Shown: positions 18,399 through 31,774 of the stretch, in pieces
How the letters are laid out: every line of letters starts with the position of its first letter
Position numbering within the stretch: position 1 is the first letter of the stretch
The notes under the pieces: model-generated
The model's input: only the letters and a program-made list of their open reading frames with translations
What the model was told of the DNA's origin: nothing
The model's database searches: none
Program-made: the position numbers and the translations under genes
Assembly: GCA_963728165.1 (NCBI GenBank)
Contig: CAVSIY010000008.1
Location: 34,397-98,396, forward strand
Direction of reading: 5' to 3'
Origin: an uncultured Alphaproteobacteria bacterium
Lineage (GTDB): Bacteria; Pseudomonadota; Alphaproteobacteria; Rhizobiales; Hyphomicrobiaceae
Length of the DNA: 64,000 bases

Positions 18399-21300
18399 TC
18401 ACGCCGCCTTCTTGGCCTTCTGGGCGATGGCGACGAGCTGGGTAATCAGCGCGCGCACGCCCTTCAAGCGCTCCGCCGGAAGGTCCCACTCGCTCCGGAA
18501 CACGAGCTTCTGATCGGGCTGCACCTTGGTGTGCCCGCGCGAGGCCTGCACGAAGGCAATGAGCCCTTCCGGGTTGGCGAAGACGTTCTTGTGGAAGCCG
18601 ATGACGGCGCCCTTGGGGCCCGCGTCCACCTGCGCGATGCCGGCCTGGCGGCACAGGCCCTTGATCTCCATCACGTCGAGCAGGTGGCCCACCTCCTCGG
18701 GCAGCTCGCCGAAGCGGTCGACCAGCTCGGCGGCGAAGGCGTCGATCTCGCTGCGCGTCTCCAGCGTCGACAGGCGCCGGTAAAGACCCAGCCTGAGTTG
18801 CAGGTCGGCGACGTAGGTCTCCGGGATCAGCACGGAGGTGCCGAGCGAGATGGTGGGGCTCCACTGGTCGCCCGCGCCCTCCACCTCGCCGCCCTTCATG
18901 GCGGCGACCGCCTCCTCCAGCATCGACTGGTACAGCTCGAAGCCGACCTCGCGAATGTGGCCCGACTGCTCCTCGCCCAAGAGGTTGCCGGCGCCGCGGA
19001 TGTCGAGGTCGTGGGAGGCGAGCGAGAAGCCGGCCCCCAGCGTGTCGAGCGACTGCAGCACCTTCAAGCGCTTCTCGGCGGCCTCGGTGAGCGCGCTGGC
19101 CGACGGGGATGGTGAAGTAGGCATAGGCGCGCGCCTTGGAGCGGCCGACGCGCCCGCGCAGCTGATAGAGCTGAGCCAGCCCGAACATGTCGGCGCGATG
19201 CACGATGAGCGTGTTGGCGTTGGGCAGGTCGAGGCCGGACTCCACGATCGCAGTTGAAAGCAGGATGTCGTACTTGCCCTCGTAGAAGGCGCTCATCACG
19301 TCCTCGATCTCGCCCGGCGTCAGCTGGCCGGTCGCACGCGCAAAGGTCAGCTCCGGCACCGCCTCGCGCAGGAACTCGGCGACCTCCTCCATGTCGGAGA
19401 TGCGCGGCACCACGTAGAACGTCTGCCCGCCGCGGTAGCGCTCGCGGCGCAGCGCATCGCGCACGATCACGGGATCGAAGGGCGAGATGTAGGTGCGCAC
19501 CGCCAGGCGATCCATCGGCGGCGTGGTGATGAGCGATAATTCGCGCACGCCGGACAAGGCGAACTGCAGCGTGCGCGGGATCGGCGTCGCCGACAGCGTC
19601 AGCACGTGCACGTCCTCGCGCAGCTTCTTCAGGCGCTCCTTGTGGGTCACGCCGAAGTGCTGCTCCTCGTCGATGACGAGCAGCCCGAGCCGCGCGAAGC
19701 TGATCGACTTGCCGAGCAGCGCGTGCGTGCCGACGACGATGTCGATCGCCCCGCTTTTCAGGCCCTCCTTGACGTTGCGCCAGCTCCTTGGGGCCGACGA
19801 GACGCGAGGCCTGCGCGATCTTGATGGGCAAGCCCTTGAAGCGCTCGGAAAAGGTCTTGAAGTGCTGGCGCGCGAGCAAGGTGGTGGGCACCACGACCGC
19901 CACCTGCAGCCCGCTCATGGCGGCGACGAAAGCGGCGCGCAGCGCCACCTCGGTCTTGCCGAAGCCGACGTCGCCGCACACCAGCCGGTCCATGGGACGC
20001 CCCGATCCCAAGTCGCCGAGCACCGCCTCGATGGAGGTGTCCTGGTCCTCGGTCTCCTCGTAGGGAAAGCGCGCGACGAACTCGTCGTAGGCGCCCTCGG
20101 GCGCGGCGACGGCGGGCGCCTCCTTGAGCTGGCGCAGCGCCGCGATCTTGATCAGCTCCGACGCGATCTCGCGCAGGCGCTTCTTGAGGCGCGCCTTGCG
20201 CGACTGCCAGGCGACGCCGCCGAGCTTGTCGAGCTGGGCGTCCGTCTCATCGGCACCGTAGCGCGACAACAGCTCGATGTTCTCGACCGGCAGGAACAGC
20301 TTGTCGCCGCCGGCGTAGTGCAGCTCCAGGCAGTCGTGCGGGGCGCCGAGCACCGTGATGGTTTTCAAGCCGGCAAAGCGCCCGATGCCGTGATCGGCGT
20401 GCACGACGAGGTCGCCGACCGACAGGCTCGTCGCCTCGGTGAGGACGTCGATGGCCGAGCGCTGCTTGCGCCGCGGGCGCACCAGGCGGTCGCCGAGAAT
20501 GTCCTGCTCGCCGATGACGGCGAGCTCCGGCGTCTCGAAGCCCTGCTCCAGCCCCAAGACGGCGAGCGCCGTCGCCGATCCGGGAAGCGCCAAGGCCTCG
20601 GCGTAGGTCTCGACCTTGCTCACCTGCTTTGAGACCGTGATCGGCGAGCAGCGTTGCAAGCCGCTCGCGCGCGCCGGGCGTCCACGCGGCGACGATGACG
20701 CGCCGATGCTCCGCGTGCAGCCGCTTGGCGTGCGCCACCACGGCGTCGAACACGTTGACGTCCTGCTGGCGCTCGGCGGCGAACGAACGACCGCCGCGAC
20801 CGCGCCAGGAGCGCACGTTCGGCCCCGCTGCTTCCTCGAACGGGGTCAGGCGGAAGATGTTGTGCTGCTTGAGCGCCGCGCCCCATGACGTCGCGTCGAG
20901 GAATAGGCGCTCGGGCGGCACCGGCTTATAGGGCGGCGCCCCGAATGTCTGCTCCTCGAGCGCCTCGGTGCGCGCGTCGTAGTGCTCGGCGATCTGCTCG
21001 AAGCGGCGTGTCGCGGCCTCGTCGCTGAGATGATCGAAGCTCACCGGCACGCCCGGCAGATAGTCGAACAGCGTCTCCAGCTGCTCGTGGAACAGCGGCA
21101 GCCAGTGCTCCTGACCCGGGTAGCGCTGGCCGGCGCTGATCGCCTCGTAGAGCGGGTCGTCGCCGGTGGCGCCGCCGAACAGCTCCACGTAGCGGGCGCG
21201 GAAGAGCTTCTCGGCGTCGGCCCCGAACGCAACCTCGCTCACCGGCAGGATGGCGAGCTTCTGCACGGGCCTCGCCGTGCGCTGAGTCTGCACCTCGAAC

Positions 21301-21899
21301 GCCTTGATCGATTCGAGCGTGTCGCCGAAGAAGTCGAGGCGCACGGGGCTCGCCCTGCCGGGCGGAAAGAGGTCGACGATGCCGCCGCGCACGGCGTACT
21401 CGCCCGGCTCCATGACGGTGCCGCTTCTGACGTAGCCCATGAGCGCGAGCTGCTGCGTCAGCCGGCCCATGTCGATGCGCTGGCCGGCGGCGACCTGCTT
21501 GATGGCGCGTTTGAGGAAGGCGCGCGGGGCGAGCCGCTGCAGAATGGCGTTGACGGTGGTGAGCACCACGGTCGGGTGCTTGCGCGCGCCGAGCGCCAGC
21601 TTGGCAAGCGCGGCGATGCGGCGGGCGACGATCTCGGCGTTGGGACCGATTCGGTCGTAGGGCACCGTGTCCCAGGCGGGAAAGGAGATGACGCGCACGT
21701 TGGGTGCGAAAAAGGCGAGCGCGCGCTCCAGCGCGTCGAGGCGGCGGTCGTCGCGGGCAACATGCAGGAGCGTGCCCGGCGCGTGCTCTGCTTGCGCCTC
21801 GGCGACGAGCTGGGCCAGCACGAGTGCGTCGAGGCCCTCCGGCACCCCGGCGATAATGCGCTCCGTCAGCGCTTTGATGTCCGTGTCAGAAGACTTCAT
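18399..21899 (-). CDS. mfd: Transcription-repair coupling factor (three +1 frameshifts at ~20629, ~19778, ~19098, probably sequencing errors)
   Basis: UvrB-like N-terminus, CarD/RID GDLVVHADHGIG, GDVGFGKTE, DEEQHFGV, SATPIPRT, QLRGRVGRS, TRG motif and TRCF C-terminal domain, spread over four ORFs. Confidence 0.93.
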
Positions 21900-21949
21900 C
21901 CGTGCTCTTCAGTTCGTCTCGGCCTTGCCTGTAACGTCGAGCGACAACC

Positions 21950-22110
21950 CCCTCACCCGGTCCGGCATGCCTCGCATGCCGGACCGACCTCTCCCCCTGG
22001 GAGAGGTAAAGAAGAGTGCCGCGTGCTCCAACCACCTCTCCCGTCATGGCGGCGCCATGCTTTGCTGGACGGGAGAGGTCGCGAGCCCACTGGGCTCGCA
22101 GGTGAAGGGT
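21950..22110. repeat. Paired inverted REP/RIME-like palindromic element
   Basis: CCCCTCACCC-hairpin-ACCTCTCCCCCTGGGAGAGGT, then ACCTCTCCC...GGGAGAGGT-hairpin-GGTGAAGGG. Confidence 0.7.
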
Positions 22111-22140
22111 TGGACGCTCGATTTCGATCCGAAACGGTCG

Positions 22141-22416
22141 TCACCTCTCGCCCTCCGCCAATCCGTGGTAGCTGCGCAATGCCGCGATCAGCGCCACAAA
22201 CGCGGGCTCGTCGGGCGCAGCCCCTTGCGCGAACCATTGCGTCAGCACCGGATCCGGCATGGCGATGAAGCGCTCGAAATCGTCGAGCGCCTCGCGCGTC
22301 ATGCCGGAAATATGCGCCTCAGCATAGCGCCCGAGGATGAAATCCATCTCCTTGGTGCCCCGATGGGACGCGCGATAGGCCGCGCGGCGGCGGCGTATCT
22401 CCATGTCGTCAGTCAT
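22141..22416 (-). CDS. sdhE: Succinate dehydrogenase assembly factor 2 (FAD assembly factor)
   Basis: RRRAAYRASHRGTKEMDFILG (RGxxE motif); canonical position between mfd and recG. Confidence 0.9.
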   Translation of the reverse strand: MTDDMEIRRRRAAYRASHRGTKEMDFILGRYAEAHISGMTREALDDFERFIAMPDPVLTQWFAQGAAPDEPAFVALIAALRSYHGLAEGER

Positions 22417-22655
22417 GGCGGAACCGGCTCTCTTGGATAACCCGGGCCCAAGGCTTGACGCCATGCGGCGCGCCCGTCACCCTCGGTGCGGATGGGCCGT
22501 TGATATAGCGCCCGTTTTCGCCCGCGCAAAGGCCTGCGCAGCGCGAGACTGTCGCTGCGGCCCAGATGCCACGTGCCGGGCGCCATCGTCACGGCGTTTC
22601 ACGTCACGACCTTACCAGCACGGCCCTTGTCGATCTGTTGGATCCTGCATCGCCC

Positions 22656-24774
22656 ATGCGGCCCATCGAGCTGACGCCCCTGTTCGCCTCGCTGCAGTCG
22701 CTCACCGGCATCGGTCCGCGGCTCATCGTCTTAGTGAAGAAGTGCCTCGCCCTGCCGCCCGGCATTTCCGAGCCGCGCGTCCTCGACCTGCTCTGGCACC
22801 TGCCGGCGGGCGTCATCGACCGGCGCGCCGAGCCAACCGTCGCCGAGGCTGTCCCGGGCTCGATCGCAACCCTCAAGGTGCGCGTCCTCAAGCACAAGGC
22901 ACCGCCGCGCGCCAACGCGCGCGCGCCCTACAAGGTGCAGACCGAGGACGACACCGGGCGTATCGATCTCGTCTTCTTCCACGCCGAGAAGAAGTTCATC
23001 GAGCGCCAGCTTCCCGTGGGGGAAATCCGCTACGTCTCGGGCCGCATCGAGCGCTACGGCGAGGCGCTGCAGATGTCGCATCCCGATTACATCGTCGCGC
23101 CCGAGGCGCGCGACGAGCTGCCGCTGTTGGAGCCCGTCTACCCGCTGACCGCCGGGCTCTCCGGCAAGGTGGTGCAGAAGGCGACGCGCCAGGCGCTGGA
23201 GCGGGTGCGCGCGGTGCCGGAGTGGCAGGACGCAGCCTGGCTAAAGCAGCGCGGCTGGCCGCCCTTCAAGGAGGCGCTGCAGCGGCTGCACCGCCCGATG
23301 GACACTGCCGACGTGGCAACGGGGGGCGCCCCGTGGCAGCGGCTCGCCTACGACGAGCTTCTCGCCGGGCAGCTCGCGCTGGCGCTGGTGCGCCAGAATT
23401 TCAAGAAGCGCCCGGGCCGCTGCGTCAAGGGCGACGGGCGCATCCGTGCGGCAATCGCCGACGCGCTCCCCTTCTCGCTGACGGAGTCCCAACGCACCGC
23501 CGTGCGCGAGATCGAGGCCGACATGGCAGCACCCCATCGCATGCTGCGGCTATTGCAGGGCGACGTGGGCTCGGGAAAGACGGTCGTCGCGTTGCTTGCG
23601 ATGGCGATCGCGGTGGAAGCCGGCGCGCAGGCCGCCTTCATGGCGCCCACCGAGGTGCTCGCGCGCCAGCACCTCGACACCATCGCGCCGCTGGCCGAGA
23701 AGGCAGGCTTGCGCATCGCGTTGCTGACGGGGCGCGAGAAGGGCAAGACGCGCAAAGAGCTGCTCGACCGCCTGGCCGCAAGCGACATCGACATCGTGAT
23801 CGGCACGCATGCGCTGTTCCAGGCCGACGTCGTGTTCAAGGATCTGGCGTTTGCCGTCATCGACGAGCAGCACCGCTTCGGCGTGCACCAGCGCCTGTCG
23901 CTGCAGTCGAAGGGCAACGGATCGGGCACCGACGTGCTCGTGATGACGGCGACGCCCATCCCGCGCACGCTGCAGATGACGCATTACGGCGACCTCGACG
24001 TCTCCCGCCTCACCGAGAAGCCGCCCGGGCGCAAGCCGGTGACCACGACCACGACCCCGATCGATCGCATCGAGAGCGTCATCGACGGCCTGCGGCGCGC
24101 GATCAGCCAGGGCGCGCAGGTCTATTGGGTGTGCCCGCTGATCGAGAGCTCGGACGTGTCGGAGCTTGCCGCGGCCGAGGAGCGGCACGCGCACCTGGCG
24201 CAGATCTTCGGCAAGGACAAGGTGGGGCTGCTGCACGGCGCGCTGGGGGCGCAGGCGAAGGACGCCACCATGGAGGCGTTCGCCGACGGCCGCCTCGCGA
24301 TCCTGGTGGCGACCACCGTCATCGAGGTCGGCGTCAACGTGCCCAACGCCACCATCATGGTGATCGAGCACGCCGAGCGCTTCGGGCTTGCCCAGCTCCA
24401 CCAGTTGCGCGGCCGTGTCGGGCGCAGCGATCGGCAGTCCTACTGCATGCTGCTGTACAAGCCCCCGCTTGGCGAGGCCGCGAAGGCGCGGCTCGAGATG
24501 ATGCGCGAGACCGAGGACGGGTTCCTCATCGCCGAGAAGGACTTGGAGCTGCGCGGCGCCGGCGAGGTGCTGGGTGCGCGCCAGAGCGGGGTGCCCGAGT
24601 TCCGCGTCGCGCAAGTGCCGAACTTCGCCAGCTTGCTCGAAGCCGCGCGCGATGATGCCAAGCTCGATCTTATCGAGCGACCCGCACCTGTCGGGCCTGC
24701 GCGGGCAGGCCTTGCGCACGCTGCTTTACATTTTCGAGTGCGACGAGGCCGTGCGCCTGTTCCGGGCGGCCTAA
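22656..24774 (+). CDS. recG: ATP-dependent DNA helicase RecG (+1 frameshift at ~24665)
   Basis: LQGDVGSGKT, DEQHRFGV, TATPIPRTL, LHQLRGRVGR, DGFLIAEKDLELRGAGE.LG.RQSG; C-terminus continues in the +1 frame to TAA 24772-24774. Confidence 0.93.
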
Positions 24775-24779
24775 CGCGT

Positions 24780-24894
24780 CCCTCTCCCCATGCCCACTCG
24801 CATGGGGAGAGGGTTAGGGTGAGGGGCCGAAGTTGTCGCCGACACAAGCGGCTGCCCCTCACCCCGACCCTCTCCCCGCAAGCGGGGAGAGGGG
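24780..24894. repeat. Paired inverted REP/RIME-like palindromic element
   Basis: CCCTCTCCCC..GGGGAGAGGG-TTAGGGTGAGGGG ... CCCCTCACCCCGA-CCCTCTCCCC-GCAAGC-GGGGAGAGGG, between convergent genes. Confidence 0.8.
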
Positions 24895-24899
24895 AAACG

Positions 24900-25716
24900 C
24901 TAGCTCGTCGTGATCTTGGGCGGGCGCGGCCCCTTCTCTTTCGTCCGGCTCTTGCGCTTGGCCTGCTCCGCCATCTCCTTGAGCTTGCTCTGGCTCTCCG
25001 GCGTCACCATGCCCGCCGAGATGATCACCTTGGCGGCATCCTCGATGTTCATGTCGAGAAACGAGCACGTTGCGCCGCGGCAGGAAGCAGACGAACCCCG
25101 TCGGCGGCACGATGCCGGTCGGCATGAAGACGGTCAGCAGGTCGCTCTCGCCGCCGGGCGCCACGGCGCCGACCTCGCCCGTCGTCTCGCCCGTGACGAA
25201 CACGATCGACCACAGGCCCTTCGATGGAAACTCGATGAGTCCGACCTTCTGGAAGGCCTGCCCCGGGCCGGTGGCCGTGACCACGGACTCGAAGATCTGT
25301 TTCAGGGCGCGGTAGACGTTGCGCACGATCGGCATGCCGCCGACCATCTGCTCGCCGAAAGAGATGAGCGTGCGGCCCAACAGGTTGGCGGCGAGCGCGC
25401 CGATCAGCGTCAATGCAACGATGCCGACGATGAGGCCGAAGCCCGGCACCGCGAACGGAAGGTAGGTGTCGGGCAGATAGGCCTTGGGCACGAACGGCTT
25501 GATCCAGGCATCCGTGACGTTGATGAACCACCACACGAAATAGAGCGTGATGGTGACCGGCCCGACGATGACGAGACCGGTCAGGAAGTAGTTGCGCAGC
25601 CGCGCGCCGATGTGCCAGGCCGGCGGCTGGTCCTGGCGCGTCAGGCGCTGCAGCCCCGCACGCAACTGCGAGGGCGTGCTGCCGGCCGGACCATCCTTGG
25701 GATCGGGTGAGCTCAT
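24900..25716 (-). CDS. DUF502 domain membrane protein (+1 frameshift at ~25062)
   Basis: LRNYFLTGL....P..IT, IVRNVYRALKQI.E, LIEFP, VFMPTG..PPTGF; the shifted frame gives FLDMNIEDAAKVIISAG. Confidence 0.85.
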
Positions 25717-25851
25717 GATGGGTCCACGTTGCGGTGGTGCAGAGGGCTGGCCTGCCGCCGGATGGGCCCGCGATCTTCACACGGATCGCGGCCGAGCTAA
25801 AGGGTGTGGACGCAACCCGCCTACGAAGGCCCGCAAGGGGCTACGCCGGCG

Positions 25852-27165
25852 CTAATCGGTGGTGACGAGGCAGTCGAACCCGCTGGCGCGCAAGGAGCCG
25901 CAAAGTTGCTGCGACTCCTTCGCGCTGGCGTAGGGCCCAACCTGCACACGATAGAACGTGCCCATGCTGCCGATGACCGTCTGGTCCACCTCCGGCTTGC
26001 GCGAGCCCAGCTCGCTGCCGTGTTGTGAGAGGAGGCGAACGGAAAGCGCGTAGGCCTCGCTGCGCGAGCGCACCGCCGCAACCTGCACGTGGTACTTCCC
26101 GGTCGGCGTCTCCGACGCCGGCGGCTGGGCCACGATGGGCGGCGCGACGGCGGTTACCTGCGTTTGCGTCGCGAACGGCTGTGGGGCCGCCGGCGGCGGG
26201 GTTGGCGCCGCTGCGGCTTGCTGTACGGGCGGCGGCGCAGGCGCAGGCTGCGCGGCAGCCGGCGGCGGCGCGGCCGGAGGCGCTGCTGCCGGAGGCGGTG
26301 CTGCTGGAGGCGGCGGAGCCGTCGCGATCTCGGTCGTCTGGCTCCAATTGGCGGCGACGGGCGGCGCGATCGACGCCGTCGTCACTTCGCCGGAGCTGCT
26401 GCTCGACGAGCCGCCGCCGAACATATTGGTGATGCTGCTGAAAAAGCCGCCGACGCCGCTGCTGCTGCTGCTGGAGCTCGACGGCTCTGGCGGCGGCGGT
26501 GGACGCGACGGCGCGTAGTACACGGCCGATTGCGGCGCGCTGACGGGCGCGGACGCCGGCGATGCAGAAGATTGTGATGCAGAGGGCGCGGCGGCGGCCG
26601 GCGGGGAGCCGCTCATGGCCGTCTGCCAGCCCGCGGCGCCGAACGAGCCTCCGGCAATGCCCCCCGGCTGCGCCACCTCCGGCACATCGCCGACGCCGGC
26701 ATCGCTATAGGCGGCGACGCGATTGCTCATGGCCTCCTGCTTCTCGGCGACGGACAGCCCGTCCTTGAGCCAGATGGCGCCCGTCAGATCCGCGATCGCG
26801 AGAGCAGGCTTGTCCTTCTTGCGATAGGTCAAGCCGCGGTAATAGAGGGCCCGCGCCATCTGCTGATTCGATAGCCCACCGCTGATCGCTGCGTCAAAAG
26901 CACGGATGGCCTGATCAGTCCGGCCCGCCTGGTAGGCGGCAACGCCCGCATCGACCATCCGCTGCGCGATCGCCGCAGGGCTGTCTTCCGCCGCCTTGGC
27001 TTTGGCACCGGGGGCCGCGCTTCCCGGTCCGGGGCCCTTGGCAGGCGCCGTTTTGGAGCCGTCCGCCGCCTGCGCGGGCGCGTCAAACGCAAGAAGCAGC
27101 GACGCGCCCGCGGCCACCGCCGCGACAACAGCAAGAGTTCGTAGAAGCTGCCCCATCCACCCCAC
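25852..27165 (-). CDS. Exported SPOR-domain protein with N-terminal TPR-like region and Pro/Ala/Ser linker
   Basis: Signal peptide; ALYYRG..Y......A.AIADLT TPR-like segment; C-terminal YHVQVAAVRS..EA...FYRVQVGPY.S..E...LC..L...G.DC. Confidence 0.8.
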   Translation of the reverse strand: MGWMGQLLRTLAVVAAVAAGASLLLAFDAPAQAADGSKTAPAKGPGPGSAAPGAKAKAAEDSPAAIAQRMVDAGVAAYQAGRTDQAIRAFDAAISGGLSNQQMARALYYRGLTYRKKDKPALAIADLTGAIWLKDGLSVAEKQEAMSNRVAAYSDAGVGDVPEVAQPGGIAGGSFGAAGWQTAMSGSPPAAAAPSASQSSASPASAPVSAPQSAVYYAPSRPPPPPEPSSSSSSSSGVGGFFSSITNMFGGGSSSSSSGEVTTASIAPPVAANWSQTTEIATAPPPPAAPPPAAAPPAAPPPAAAQPAPAPPPVQQAAAAPTPPPAAPQPFATQTQVTAVAPPIVAQPPASETPTGKYHVQVAAVRSRSEAYALSVRLLSQHGSELGSRKPEVDQTVIGSMGTFYRVQVGPYASAKESQQLCGSLRASGFDCLVTTD

Positions 27166-27270
27166 CAGAGAACACCCGTCAGAGGACGGGCCCCAACCGT
27201 TTGAAGCCAGACGTTATTTCAAGCACGACATCGAGGCAAATCCGCGGCCGCCCCTGGGGATTGTTTTCCC

Positions 27271-29091
27271 CTATTCCACCGTGACGGATTTGGCCAGATT
27301 GCGGGGCTGATCGACGTCAGTGCCCATGAGGACGGCGGTGTGATAGGCGATGAGCTGCACCGGCACCGCATAAACGAGCGGATCGGTGAAGTCCGAGGCC
27401 GTGGGCATCTCGATGTGGGCGGCGACCTTGCAGCCGACCTTCTCAGCCGGCGCATCCGAGATGAGGATGATCTGGCCGCCCCTCGTCGCGACCTCCTGCA
27501 GGTTGGAGACCGTCTTCTCGAACAGGGGATCCTGCGGCGCCACGACGATGACGGGGACGTTCTCGTCGATGAGCGCGATGGGGCCGTGCTTGAGCTCGCC
27601 GGCGGCATAACCCTCGGCGTGGATGTAGGAAATCTCCTTGAGCTTGAGCGCGCCCTCGAGCGCCAAGGGATAGTTGGTGCCGCGGCCCAAGTAGAGCACG
27701 TCGCGCGCCTTGGAGAGGGGCTGCGCGATCGCCTCGTACTGCTGCTCGTTGCGCAGGATGGTCGAGATGTGGCGGGGCACCTCGATCAGGGACTTGACCA
27801 GCGCCCGCTCCTCGTCGGCGCTGAGCGTGCCGCGCGCCCGCCCCAGCCCGATGGCGAGGCAGGCGAGCACCGCAAGCTGGCAGGTGAAGGCCTTGGTCGA
27901 GGCGACGCCGATCTCCGGCCCGGCAAGGGTGGGCAGCACGACGTTCGATTCGCGCGCGATAGTGGAGGTGCGCACGTTGACGATCGCGGCGATGCGCTGG
28001 CCTTCCGCCTTGGCGTGCCGCAACGTCGCCAGCGTGTCGGCGGTCTCGCCCGACTGCGACACGAAGATGGAGAGGCCGTTCGCCGGCAGCGGCGGCTCGC
28101 GGTAGCGCATCTCGGAGGCGACGTCGATCTCGACGGGAAGGCGCGCATAGCGCTCGATCCAGTACTTGCCGACGAGGCCCGCATAGTAGGCGGTGCCGCA
28201 CGCCGACAAGGTCACGCGCTCGAGCGAAGATACATCGACCCCGAGGTCGGGCAGCTGCACCGTGCCCTCGCTCATGTCGATGTAGCTCGACAGCGTGTGG
28301 CTGATGACCTCGGGCTGCTCGTGGATCTCCTTGGCCATAAAGTGGCGGTGGTTGCCCTTGTCGACGAGCAGCGAGCTCGCCACCGATTTGATGAGCGGGC
28401 GCTCGACGCGGTTTCCTTTGCGGTCGAAGATCTCCACACCCGTGTGGCGCAGCACCGCCCAATCGCCCTCGTCGAGATAGGTGATGGCGTCGGTGAAGGG
28501 AGCCAGCGCGATGGCGTCGGAGCCCAGGTACATCTCGCCCGAGCCGTGACCGATCGCCAAGGGGCTGCCCTGGCGGGCCGCGATCATCAGATCGTCGTGG
28601 CCGGCGAAAATGATGGCGAGCGCAAAGGCGCCCTGCAGGCGCTGCAGCGCTTTACGGACGGCCTCTTGCGGGGAAGCGCCCTTCGCCAGCTCGTCGGTGA
28701 TGACGGCAACGATGGCCTCGGTGTCGGTATCGCTTTCGAACACGTACCCCTTGGCCGTCAGCTCATCCTTCAATTCGCGGTAGTTCTCGATGATGCCGTT
28801 GTGCACGACCGAGACTTGGCTGTTCATGTGCGGGTGAGCGTTGCGCTCCGTCGGCCGCCCATGCGTTGCCCAGCGCGTGTGACCGATGCCGGTGTGGCCG
28901 GCGAGCGGCTCCTTCAGGAGCCGGCCCTCGAGGTTGCGCAGCTTGCCCTCGGCGCGACGGCGCTCCAGGTGGCCGTTCTCGACGGTGGCGATGCCGGCCG
29001 AGTCATAGCCGCGGTATTCGAGCCGGCGCAGCGCATCCACGAGATCGGTTGCGACGGCCTTCTGCCCGACAATTCCGACAATGCCGCACAT
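27271..29091 (-). CDS. glmS: Glutamine--fructose-6-phosphate transaminase
   Basis: MCGIVG, RGYDSAG, GHTRWATHG, SQSGETADT, VASTKAF, EGALKLKEISYIHAEG, PRNLAKSVTVE. Confidence 0.98.
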   Translation of the reverse strand: MCGIVGIVGQKAVATDLVDALRRLEYRGYDSAGIATVENGHLERRRAEGKLRNLEGRLLKEPLAGHTGIGHTRWATHGRPTERNAHPHMNSQVSVVHNGIIENYRELKDELTAKGYVFESDTDTEAIVAVITDELAKGASPQEAVRKALQRLQGAFALAIIFAGHDDLMIAARQGSPLAIGHGSGEMYLGSDAIALAPFTDAITYLDEGDWAVLRHTGVEIFDRKGNRVERPLIKSVASSLLVDKGNHRHFMAKEIHEQPEVISHTLSSYIDMSEGTVQLPDLGVDVSSLERVTLSACGTAYYAGLVGKYWIERYARLPVEIDVASEMRYREPPLPANGLSIFVSQSGETADTLATLRHAKAEGQRIAAIVNVRTSTIARESNVVLPTLAGPEIGVASTKAFTCQLAVLACLAIGLGRARGTLSADEERALVKSLIEVPRHISTILRNEQQYEAIAQPLSKARDVLYLGRGTNYPLALEGALKLKEISYIHAEGYAAGELKHGPIALIDENVPVIVVAPQDPLFEKTVSNLQEVATRGGQIILISDAPAEKVGCKVAAHIEMPTASDFTDPLVYAVPVQLIAYHTAVLMGTDVDQPRNLAKSVTVE

Positions 29092-29213
29092 GGAGATGGA
29101 TCCTGAGTTTCGAAGCCGGCAATGATGCTATCGATTGCTTAATATGTCCCTCAAATCACACTATGTTTCAGCGGGTTTGGCGCTGCAACATGCTCGTTTG
29201 AGGTAGCCCCGCG

Positions 29214-30624
<1,411 letters not shown>

Positions 30625-30865
30625 TCATAGCGTCCGCCTCGGCTTCCGAACAGAGCGCCGCTGGTTGCATGTCGCCCGCGTGCCGGACCTGCTGGAGCGG
30701 TTGTGGCCCATTGAGCACACGAGGACCTGGATTGGCCGCGAATCTCTCGCAGCGACGCACACGGACTCGCCGTCCACATGCTTCGACAGCATGCGCGTTG
30801 GTTCAACCGCGCGAATCGGGCTTCATCCACCCCGAATTCATACACCCAACCGCGGAAGTGAAGAC

Positions 30866-31756
30866 ATGTCCGTTCTCCCGAACCCCGGTACGCCACGGCG
30901 CCGAATTCTAACTCCCTACGTGATCCTCTGGATGGCGATTGCCAGTTTCGCGTTGGCCTATCTCGCCCTCCTGGGGCTGCGACCGCACATGTTTGCGAGC
31001 GCAGCGCGCACCGCCCCCGACATCGAGCAGAAACTCGCTCAGACCAAACGCGAGGTCGAGCGCAGCCTCGCCGACCTCGACCCGCTGCGTCGCACCGTGG
31101 GCGAGGTGAAAATGGACGTCGCCAACCTGAAGGTCGCCGCGCAGGAGGCATCCGCGCGCGATCAGACGCTAATGGAAAAGGTGGCCGCGCTCGAGACCGC
31201 CCCGCCCAAGACAGCGGAGCCGGCGCACGCCGCAAGCCCGGCCCCCAGACATCGGGCCGCCATGCCCCCACCGCCGACGCCCAAACCAAACAAGGCGGCC
31301 GGGGCGAAGCCCTTCATGCCACCCGTGGGGCCGAGCGCCGAGGAGACGCGCACGCACGCAGCGCAGAAGAGTGCCAAGCTGATCAACGGCGCACAGACGC
31401 AAAAGGGCGGCGGCATCGAGACCGGCAGCATCCAGCGTCCGGCCCGCCCGACCACCGTGCCGCCGGCGGTCAAGTCTAAGACGGCCGCGAAGTCGCTGCC
31501 CGTGGGCGTGATCCTGGCAACGGGACCCTCCCTCGACACGCTGCGGCTCAACTGGAGCATCCTCACCGACCGCCACCCCGACGCGATACGCAATCTGCAT
31601 CCGCGTTATGTCGTCACCGGCAAGGCCCCAAAGCGCACCTACGGGCTCATCGCCGGGCCCGTGGCCTCCACCGCCGACGCCGAGAGCCTGTGCAAGGTCA
31701 TGGAGTCGCGCGGGCTGCCCTGCACGGTCGGCATCTATCGCGGCAAGGCCCTATGA
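30866..31756 (+). CDS. Membrane-anchored coiled-coil / Pro-rich protein with C-terminal SPOR-like domain
   Basis: One TM helix, heptad segment, Pro-rich linker, then LRLNWSIL...H...I..L.P...YGLIAGP.....AE.LC......LPC. True start probably ATG 30866. Confidence 0.7.
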   Translation: MSVLPNPGTPRRRILTPYVILWMAIASFALAYLALLGLRPHMFASAARTAPDIEQKLAQTKREVERSLADLDPLRRTVGEVKMDVANLKVAAQEASARDQTLMEKVAALETAPPKTAEPAHAASPAPRHRAAMPPPPTPKPNKAAGAKPFMPPVGPSAEETRTHAAQKSAKLINGAQTQKGGGIETGSIQRPARPTTVPPAVKSKTAAKSLPVGVILATGPSLDTLRLNWSILTDRHPDAIRNLHPRYVVTGKAPKRTYGLIAGPVASTADAESLCKVMESRGLPCTVGIYRGKAL

Positions 31757-31774
31757 TCCGCGTCTGAGCCTCAG

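Noticed and set aside
18399-21899. mfd (and glmU, recG, cusA, glk) as pseudogenes or programmed frameshift genes
   Set aside because: All ten shifts are +1 with no other decay, no shared slippery motif, and they hit an essential gene; sequencing error is the simpler explanation until reads are checked.
29092-29213. glmS ribozyme or other riboswitch in the glmU-glmS gap
   Set aside because: No recognisable conserved core, and the element is not expected in this lineage.
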